Source: Candidatus Saccharimonadota bacterium
GTDB taxonomy: Bacteria; Patescibacteriota; Gracilibacteria; UBA4473
Direction of reading: 5' to 3'
NCBI GenBank assembly: GCA_030429505.1
Contig: JAUIFI010000001.1
Location: 240,001 to 272,000 of the forward strand
Length of the DNA: 32,000 bases
A program made the translations under genes and the position numbers. Of the stretch, positions 25,396-32,000 are shown piece by piece. The notes under the pieces are model-generated. The model searched no databases. It was not told the DNA's origin and saw only the letters and a program-made list of their open reading frames with translations. How positions within the stretch are numbered: the stretch's first letter is position 1; every line of letters starts with the position of its first letter.

Positions 25396-25470
25396 ATGTT
25401 TAACCCTGATAATAAAAAGAAACGTGATAAATCTAGTTCTTCTTCTAAATCCTCTAATTCATCAAAATAA
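25396..25470 (+). pseudogene. Possible relic of a toxin 3' tail (24 codons, MFNPDNKKKRDKSSSSSKSSNSSK)
   Basis: Its composition and the string TCTAAATCCTCTA resemble the orphan-2 tail (GATTCTAAATCTTCTAGAAAATGA). The sequence is low-complexity, so this is tentative. Confidence 0.25.
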
Positions 25471-25480
25471 ATAGTTCATC

Positions 25481-25900
25481 ATGGTTCTACCGTATAAATG
25501 TATTTCTATTATAAAAAATAAAGGTATATTCTATACAATAACGGTTTTATGTTTAATTTTTGGAATGTATAAATATTATTTTTACAATGATTTAGATTAT
25601 CAATTAAATAAATTTAAGAACGGAAGTTCTCACGAAAAGACAGATGCCTTAGTTTTTTTTGCTACTAAAAAGTCAATAAAAATAATTCCTGATTTAATTA
25701 AATATGTAGATTCGGATGAATTGATAATAGATGGAAAAGTACCAGCAGAAATGTCTTGTGCTGTGACTTATACTCTAGAACAAATAACAGGCTTATCCAA
25801 AGGGAATACTTGTAAATACGAGTTTATTAAAAATGAAGAAAAAAAAATATACAGAAAAAATGGCAAGATTGGTATAAGAGCGAATATCCTGAATGGATAA
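25481..25900 (+). CDS. N-terminally TM-anchored immunity-like protein (possible HEAT-like repeat)
   Basis: 139 aa with a TM helix (IFYTITVLCLIFGMY), followed by EKTDALVFFATKKSIKIIPDLIKYVDSDE. Confidence 0.5.
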   Translation: MVLPYKCISIIKNKGIFYTITVLCLIFGMYKYYFYNDLDYQLNKFKNGSSHEKTDALVFFATKKSIKIIPDLIKYVDSDELIIDGKVPAEMSCAVTYTLEQITGLSKGNTCKYEFIKNEEKKIYRKNGKIGIRANILNG

Positions 25901-25915
25901 ATCGAATTAAAAAAA

Positions 25916-26410
25916 ATGAAAAATATAATTAAAGCTCTTTTGGGTAATTTTTTTATTTTTTTACTGCTTTATACAGTAATTTTTGTTCCTTTATTGAATT
26001 GTCCTGATCCAGATGTATTTACTCCAATATCCCCAGAAAGAGGCTTGTGTTGGAATGTGTTTAATATTAGTGATTTTATAAATTTATTAGGGCTTTCTTT
26101 TTTGTTTTCGACTTTTTTCGCTTTGGTGCTTTCTCTCTTTCTTTCTCTGGCTTCTTTTATAAGCAAGACTAATTATTCACTCCTTAAAATTCCTATTTAT
26201 TTTTTAGTGCCTTTACTTTTTATCTCAATCATTTTTACATTTTTAATAGCTAATATTCCCATTTTTGAAGTAATCGGGTCAAAACTAGATTTTATGTATT
26301 ATGATGAAATATTTTGGATTATCTTTGGAAGTTTTTTTAATATTATTTTTATAGAATTGTATTACAAAGTACCTTGGAAAAAGGTTTTTAGGAATGATAC
26401 AGTTATTTGA
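25916..26410 (+). CDS. Polytopic membrane protein, immunity-like (paralog 1; C-terminus ELYYKVPWKKVF)
   Basis: 164 aa with about 4 TM segments. It shares a CPDP/CDPP N-terminal loop and the C-terminal ELYYKVPWKKVF with 27419-27880. Its 3' end overlaps the orphan-2 start by 17 nt. Confidence 0.65.
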   Translation: MKNIIKALLGNFFIFLLLYTVIFVPLLNCPDPDVFTPISPERGLCWNVFNISDFINLLGLSFLFSTFFALVLSLFLSLASFISKTNYSLLKIPIYFLVPLLFISIIFTFLIANIPIFEVIGSKLDFMYYDEIFWIIFGSFFNIIFIELYYKVPWKKVFRNDTVI

Positions 26411-27418
26411 TAGGGACATGCAGACGTCAGGACAGAGTACGAGTCCTTTGGGAGTGGGGAAGAGTACGGCGGAGATGAAGATGAAAAACACCTTCCAAAA
26501 TTGGGATTTTGCGGATACGTGGGAGATGGAGGAAAATGTAAGTTATCCGATGTTGCAGGTGGAAAATAGTGGAGGAGGGAGTTGTACGGGAGAACCGACA
26601 TTGGTGTATCATCATGAAGATCACTTGACTGGAAGCAATGTCGACACCGACGAATCGGGAGCCTTGAACCAAGTCCTAGACTATTATGCGTTTGGGGCGA
26701 CGAGGATTGACGAGCAATACGGAAACTTCAACAACGATTATAAGTTCACAGGGAAGGAGAAGGATGCAGAGACGGGGTTGTATTACTATGGGGCGAGGTA
26801 TTATGACTCTGAGCTTGGACGGTTTATAAGTAGAGATACGTGGGAGGGGGAGTTGGAGAATCCGCAGAGTTTGAACAGGTACTCATATGTGCTGAATAAT
26901 CCGTTGAAGTATGTGGATCCGAGTGGGAATAGAGTGGAACTGGTAACAAGGCAGATGGATTATAAGTCCATGCCTACACAAACCTTTATACAAAATATAA
27001 AGAGATTTTTTGCTCAATTTGGAAATCACAGTTTTGTAAGAACTATACCAGATAATCCTAGTGATTTTGGAGGAGTAGAAAAAATGACACTAGGTGCTGG
27101 TCAGGACAAAGGTGGTATACTTGCTAAAGGTTATAACAATCCAAATGATTTTGACCCAAAGACAAAAATAAAAGAAATTAATGTTATACAAACACCAAAA
27201 GGAATGACTGATTCAGAACACATTGGTAGAATATTGGGCACGTTTGCTACGGAACTTATTCGTGGTTCAGGAGGAAGTTTGGACAATATAAAAAATTCTT
27301 TTGGAATTGATCTAGGACTTGACTCTGGAGGATTGCAAGGAGGAAAAATTATTGAACAAAACTTGCAAACTCCAAATAAAAATGATGAAAATGATAAAGA
27401 TTCTAAATCTTCTAGAAA

Positions 27419-27422
<4 letters not shown>
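26394..27422 (+). CDS. Orphan RHS C-terminal cassette 2 (GLUG tail, complete RHS core 3' half, and a 163-aa distinct Cys-free toxin domain)
   Basis: 342 aa with its own ATG (MIQLFDRDMQTSGQ...). It is colinear with main-gene 22169-22686 up to DPSGN (26916-26930) and then unique. Confidence 0.8.
26413..26930 (+). repeat. 518-bp homology block in orphan 2
   Basis: Aligns without indels to 22169-22686. Positions 26526-26698 are identical to 22282-22454 (173 bp, checked base by base). Confidence 0.9.
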
Positions 27423-27876
<454 letters not shown>

Positions 27877-27880
<4 letters not shown>

Positions 27881-28378
27881 TACAGTTATTTGATAGAGAC
27901 ATGCAGACATCAGGACAGAGTACGAGTCCTTTGGGCGTGGGGAAGAGTACGGTGGAGATGAAGATGAAAAACACCTTCCAAAATTGGGACTTTGTGGATA
28001 CGTGGGAGATAGAGGAAAATGTAAGTTATCCGATGTTGCAGGTGGAAAGCACTTCAAGTTGTGCAGGTGGATCAATCATCATTTACCACCATGAGGATCA
28101 TCTAACTGGGAGTAATGTGGATACGGATGAGGCGGGGAATCTGAATCAGGTCTTGGATTATTATGCGTACGGATCAACCCGAATCGACGAACAGTTTGGA
28201 TCGTTCAGTAACGACTATAAGTTTACAGGGAAGGAGAAGGATGCGGAGACGGGATTGTATTACTATGGAGCGAGGTATTATGACTCTGAGCTTGCTTGGG
28301 CGGTTTATCTCACGGGATACTTGGGAGAGTATTTTATCGGACGGAAATAACGCTATTCGATTCGTAAAAAAACTATAA
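27877..28378 (+). pseudogene. Orphan RHS cassette 3, truncated and frameshifted (5' half only, no toxin domain)
   Basis: MIQLFDRDMQTSGQ...YYGARYYDSEL is followed by a GCTT tandem duplication (28290-28297) that shifts the frame. The restored frame reads GRFISRDTWE, then the unrelated SILSDGNNAIRFVKKL and a stop. Its ATG overlaps the upstream stop (ATGA). Confidence 0.8.
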
Positions 28379-28527
28379 AGAAATCCCAAATATCTGTCTA
28401 ATTCTAATAAAAATAATATTTTTGTTGCTTTTTCTTGACATAAATTTAATATTTATTTAATAAGAAAGAGCGAGCTGTCTTCGACTTGGAACGAACTGCC
28501 GGTTCGGGAAAAAGATATCTCAATATA

Positions 28528-28581
28528 CTCTCTCCCCCTTGGATACCAAAAAAATATCCGCGTAGGAGGAGAGAGATTTTT
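28528..28581 (+). terminator. Strong hairpin with U-tract downstream of the orphan array
   Basis: CTCTCTCC (28528-28535) pairs with GGAGAGAG (28568-28575), with an inner GGATA/TATCC stem. ATTTTT follows. Confidence 0.6.
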
Positions 28582-28765
28582 AGTATACATCAATTCAAAT
28601 TTTCCATAAACAAAGCTTCCTATTTACAAAAGATTAAAAAAATATTAAAAATCATATGTACTTTCTGTTCCGGATTTGTATCAGCGAACGAAAGTCGCTC
28701 TTCACAAAAACGGAATAACGCTCTAAAACACATTTTCTTCATCAGTCTGTGTAGAGAGGTATATT

Positions 28766-29092
28766 ATGAATAATCTCCAGCAAATCCAAACAAGCGGAGT
28801 TTTTCCTTTAAACTCCAAAAAGACAGAAGTACCGGAAAGTCAGTTAAAAAACAAAAGTCAAAATTTACTGGCGGGTTTAATCCCTGATGACGTTTTTGAA
28901 ACGCTGCAGGAGCATGGACTCCTAGATGAAAAAGCGATTCGAGATTATCATATTCGCAATATATACAAAGAGTTTCGAAGGACCATGACTACAGCTATAG
29001 CAATTGAAAAGATTCAACAACTCTATCCCTACTTGCAGTTCGATACTATTCGTAAGTTGGTATACAAAGTAGGAGGTAAAAAAAGAGGTTGA
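28766..29092 (+). CDS. Small hypothetical protein, possible C-terminal HTH
   Basis: 108 aa with GAGAGG 7 nt upstream of the ATG. The C-terminal IAIEKIQQLYPYLQFDTIRKLVYK is HTH-like, a weak call. Confidence 0.5.
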   Translation: MNNLQQIQTSGVFPLNSKKTEVPESQLKNKSQNLLAGLIPDDVFETLQEHGLLDEKAIRDYHIRNIYKEFRRTMTTAIAIEKIQQLYPYLQFDTIRKLVYKVGGKKRG

Positions 29093-29121
29093 AAAAACGT
29101 TATTCCGCTAATGAGTCCTGG

Positions 29122-29158
29122 GCACCCCGTTTCTAAGAAAGCGGGGTGCTGTTTGTTG
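29122..29158 (+). terminator. Rho-independent terminator after 28766-29092
   Basis: GCACCCCGTTTCT / AGAAAGCGGGGTGC forms a stem with one bulge, followed by TGTTTGTTG. Confidence 0.6.
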
Positions 29159-29169
29159 TGCTACATATT

Positions 29170-29198
29170 TTGACTTTTCACATTAAAAATAGTGTAAT
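29170..29198 (+). promoter_or_regulatory. Sigma70-like promoter candidate for 29294-29842
   Basis: TTGACT (29170-29175), a 17-nt spacer, then TGTAAT (29193-29198). AT-rich background makes chance matches common. Confidence 0.35.
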
Positions 29199-29293
29199 AG
29201 AAGTGAGAATGAATAGGGAGAAGCATAAAATTTTTTTTCTATTCTCTCAAGGTCTTTGAAAAACTAGCTCTCAAAATAGACAGAGGAGTTGTC

Positions 29294-29842
29294 ATGAAAA
29301 CACTAATGTGGCTAAAAACCACATGGAGGGAAATTAAATATCCATTATTTCTGCTCACAATTTCGAATATTACAACAGGATTATATGAATTTACACTACT
29401 CAGATTTACAGAAGAACAAGTAGGAGTAATGAGAGGCTTTACGATGATAATTATAATCTTTGAAGCCTATTTTTTCTCAAACCGAGATTGGTTTGAAAAT
29501 GTCAGTCTAGTAAAAAAAGGAACCTCTTTTCTTGCCAATAATCTTCCTTGGGGAAGTGACAGCCTGGTTCAAGGAATAAAGATGGCAGTCATAACACTCG
29601 TGATGTATGGAGGGAAATTATTTGTACTCAATGAAACACTTCCTTTCTTTTCTATAGAAAAGGTTTCCTCTCAAAGCTTCTTTATAGCATTAGCAAGTGC
29701 TTTCGTTGGAGGGTTTATTTTAGGATTTTGTATGATTTGGTGGGAATATTTGATTCAAGGAGTCATGATAAAACTCCAGAAAATCAAAGCAAAATTCTCA
29801 AAACCATGCATTGTCGAAGAAACCGTGGAAGAGACGTCGTAA
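29294..29842 (+). CDS. Membrane protein of unknown function
   Basis: 182 aa with several hydrophobic segments and AGAGGAG upstream of the ATG. Confidence 0.6.
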   Translation: MKTLMWLKTTWREIKYPLFLLTISNITTGLYEFTLLRFTEEQVGVMRGFTMIIIIFEAYFFSNRDWFENVSLVKKGTSFLANNLPWGSDSLVQGIKMAVITLVMYGGKLFVLNETLPFFSIEKVSSQSFFIALASAFVGGFILGFCMIWWEYLIQGVMIKLQKIKAKFSKPCIVEETVEETS

Positions 29843-29870
29843 GATAAAGGCTTCCACGGTCTTATTTTTT
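29822..29870 (+). terminator. Terminator overlapping the 3' end of 29294-29842
   Basis: ACCGTGGAAG (29822-29831) and CTTCCACGGT (29851-29860) form a 10-bp perfect stem. The loop contains the TAA stop, and CTTATTTTTT follows. Confidence 0.6.
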
Positions 29871-31247
29871 CTGATGCGTCAAAATACACACCGTCTCCAA
29901 ATGATATGTTTGGGGAAATAGATCAAGCATTTGGAATGACTCTATCTCATATTCACTCGTTAAATGAGTCAGGTCATGAGCTAGACTCGTCGGATTGCAC
30001 GATATATAAATGATCGTATCGGCCTGAGTTTTTAAAACGGTCTTACACGCTTTTCTTCCTAGTCCGGAACGAGGTGGATCAACAATCAACGTATCAAACG
30101 TCTCACCTTGTTCCAAAAGCTCTCGCAAGATTACATGCGCATTTCCTTCATGAAATGTATAATTCGTAACACCATTGAGTTCCAGATTTAGCCGACCTTC
30201 TCTGACCGCACTCGGTTCTATTTCAATACCAGTTACTTGCTGTGCCAATGACGCCACCGACATCCCCAAAAATCCATTTCCACAGAAGAAGTCTAAAATA
30301 CTCCCTTTTTGCGACCTATTTCGCACCTCTTTTTGTACTATTTCTATCATTTTTGTTGCCATTTCTCGGTTCACCTGAAAAAAACTCTTGGGACCAATTT
30401 TGAACTTCAGATCCAAAACCTGATCCTCAAATGTTTCTGCCCCCCATAACAGTTCAAAGCTTTCCGGAGACGTGATCTCCTGACGATTTTTTCGAATCTG
30501 CACAAACCCAATGAATTGTTTCCCTAAGTCTTTTTGAAACCAATCAATCCAACGATTTTTTTCATCTTCCGGAAAATCAGACTCATTGGTGTTCAAGGCT
30601 ATCAAGATGTCATCTTGGTGATTCGTCCGAAAAATAATCGAATACAAAAAGCCTTTCGGATTCCCTTCTTGCTTCGGTGTCCGAGGGGAAAAGACATCCA
30701 AATCACATTTCTCCGCTAGCTTTCGGACACTTTCCAATGCTTTCTGCGCTGTCTCTGAATGTAAAAGACACGCATCAATGTCGAGTATATGAAACCGTTT
30801 TCTCGGATTATGAAAACCGACCTTGAGCCTCCCGTCTTCATCACGCTGAAACGAAAACTCAGTTTTATTACGATAATGCAAAGGATGAGGAGAGGGGAGA
30901 CTCGGTTTCATTTTTTTCATCACCTCCGCTTCATCAAACTTTCCGATTCGTACCAAGCTATCCTTCAAAAACCCTTCCTTATACTCCATTTGTTTTTCAT
31001 AGGAAACATTTTGAAACGAACATCCTCCACACACTTCAAAATACGGACACTCAGCCTTTCCCCGATCCTGCGATTGGGTAACTATTTCCCGAGGCCACGC
31101 CTCCACATAATCTTTTTTCCGTTTCAAAATCTCAATATCCACTTCCTCGCCCGGCAGGACTTTTGGAATAAAAATCGCCTGACCATTGGGAAAGTGAGCC
31201 AATCCTTTGCCACCAAACACGACTTTTTCAACTTTAACAGACCTCAT
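29862..31247 (-). CDS. RumA/RlmD-type 23S rRNA (uracil-C5)-methyltransferase (TRAM, 4Fe-4S Cys cluster and SAM MTase domains)
   Basis: TRAM-like N-terminus (VEKVVFGGKGLAHF..), the Cys cluster CPYFEVCGGCSFQ plus DIDACLL, and the SAM/catalytic motifs DPPRSG and YISCNP. The ATG at 31247 (MRSVK) is preferred over the TTG at 31295. Confidence 0.85.
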   Translation of the reverse strand: MRSVKVEKVVFGGKGLAHFPNGQAIFIPKVLPGEEVDIEILKRKKDYVEAWPREIVTQSQDRGKAECPYFEVCGGCSFQNVSYEKQMEYKEGFLKDSLVRIGKFDEAEVMKKMKPSLPSPHPLHYRNKTEFSFQRDEDGRLKVGFHNPRKRFHILDIDACLLHSETAQKALESVRKLAEKCDLDVFSPRTPKQEGNPKGFLYSIIFRTNHQDDILIALNTNESDFPEDEKNRWIDWFQKDLGKQFIGFVQIRKNRQEITSPESFELLWGAETFEDQVLDLKFKIGPKSFFQVNREMATKMIEIVQKEVRNRSQKGSILDFFCGNGFLGMSVASLAQQVTGIEIEPSAVREGRLNLELNGVTNYTFHEGNAHVILRELLEQGETFDTLIVDPPRSGLGRKACKTVLKTQADTIIYISCNPTSLAHDLTHLTSEYEIESFQMLDLFPQTYHLETVCILTHQKK

Positions 31248-31461
31248 GCGAGGTGAATTGTAAATACAGGACTGCTTAAGTAAAGAAGACAACAAGACTC
31301 TTTGAGAGGCAAGGATGTTGACTTTTTTGTTATTATTGTTTATTTAGAAGAAGGAAGTGGATTATCTATGACATTATGTCTGCTTCTAAATGGCTTTTTG
31401 ACAACACAGAATGTAAGTTCACTTTGAATGAATAATTCATCACATTACAAGGAGTAGTACT

Positions 31462-32000
31462 ATGCAAGCGTTGAACATCAAAGTAATAATGGTAAAATTT
31501 TTTTATCTTTTATTACAAGCTATAAAAGATGAAGTGCTAGAGAAACTTCCGCCTAAAAAAGCAGAATATCTCTGGAAAAATTATCCATCAAAAGACGGAA
31601 TATTACTACCAATAACACTTGAGCAAATAACAAAAGCTTTCAATATTATTTTTGCAGAAAACTATCTCTATCCGGGGAGACCTTCTCTCCAGATCATTCG
31701 AGACCCAAAAATGATCGGAGAACGGTTCTGGAAGATTAGTAGACGGTTAAACGCATCTTCTGACAAGAGTGAGCAAGAATCCAGCATAAGCGACCATGAA
31801 TATGAAAGGATAAAAAATAATCCCGAAGGAGTAGAAGCTCACATTTTTTTTCTACAAGCTGAAGCATGGGGTATATGCCCATGGAGTCTGTTTTTTGCAG
31901 AAAATCCCGAGTCGAATGCAAAATTTAATGATTCATTTGCGGAAAATTTTCTTCAAAAAATACTCCAAAATAACCATTTTATAAAATCCCTCTCTTTCCA
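31462..32000 (+). CDS. Hypothetical protein, 5' partial (runs off the window end)
   Basis: Absent from the ORF track because no stop lies within the window. AAGGAG sits 8 nt upstream of the ATG at 31462. Manual translation gives 179 stop-free codons (MQALNIKVIMVKFFYLLLQAIKDEVLEKLPPKKAEYLW...). Confidence 0.55.
   Translation, partial: MQALNIKVIMVKFFYLLLQAIKDEVLEKLPPKKAEYLWKNYPSKDGILLPITLEQITKAFNIIFAENYLYPGRPSLQIIRDPKMIGERFWKISRRLNASSDKSEQESSISDHEYERIKNNPEGVEAHIFFLQAEAWGICPWSLFFAENPESNAKFNDSFAENFLQKILQNNHFIKSLSF

Noticed and set aside
28486-28773. Track ORF 28486-28773 (95 aa)
   Set aside because: It has a TTG start and no SD, crosses a strong hairpin/U-tract terminator, and has an implausible composition. 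The region was treated as non-coding.
28700-29107. 10-bp inverted repeat CGGAATAACG / CGTTATTCCG flanking the 108-aa gene, as possible mobile-element ends
   Set aside because: Only 10 bp match and the similarity does not extend. There are no target-site duplications and no transposase, so it is compatible with chance.

Overview
This is an AT-rich bacterial window with short intergenic gaps and many small secreted or membrane proteins of unknown function. That gene content resembles an uncultivated, CPR/Patescibacteria-like genome, but this is inference and no marker gene here settles it. The standard genetic code fits: a 1,886-codon ORF stays intact and TAA, TGA and TAG all act as stops. Recognisable housekeeping genes are a sortase, pilT, tRNA-Leu(UAA) and tRNA-Cys(GCA), rlmH, lepB, a YfcE-like phosphoesterase, a SprT-like metallopeptidase, trxB and a RumA/RlmD-type methyltransferase. 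Also present are a GluR0-type ligand-gated K+ channel and a class Ic-like nrdB preceded by tandem NrdR boxes. The main feature is an ~11.8 kb single-strand locus (16590-28378). It starts with two paralogous small secreted Cys proteins, each carrying one FG-GAP/TcB-propeller-like blade motif. These are followed by a 1,886-aa Sec-signal SpvB-YD/RHS protein. Its RHS-associated core is split by a ~270-aa GLUG-repeat insertion bracketed by cysteines, and it ends in a DPTGN site plus a 183-aa unassigned C-terminal toxin domain. Downstream lie a candidate immunity gene and an array of three orphan RHS C-terminal cassettes with at least six small immunity-like genes. Orphan 2 shares a colinear 518-bp block with the main gene, including 173 bp of perfect identity. 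Orphan 1 (3' half only) and orphan 3 (5' half only, with a 4-bp duplication frameshift) share a private 22-bp junction variant and bracket the array. One polytopic immunity-like gene contains a (TTCT)8 tetranucleotide tract. No TcA, T6SS, LXG/ESX, reverse transcriptase, integrase or CRISPR component is visible. Smaller observations include two ORFs interrupted by in-frame stops, a 62-bp direct repeat flanking the channel gene, a 13-bp perfect inverted repeat in a divergent promoter region, and a promoter-to-terminator unit that could be a small RNA.
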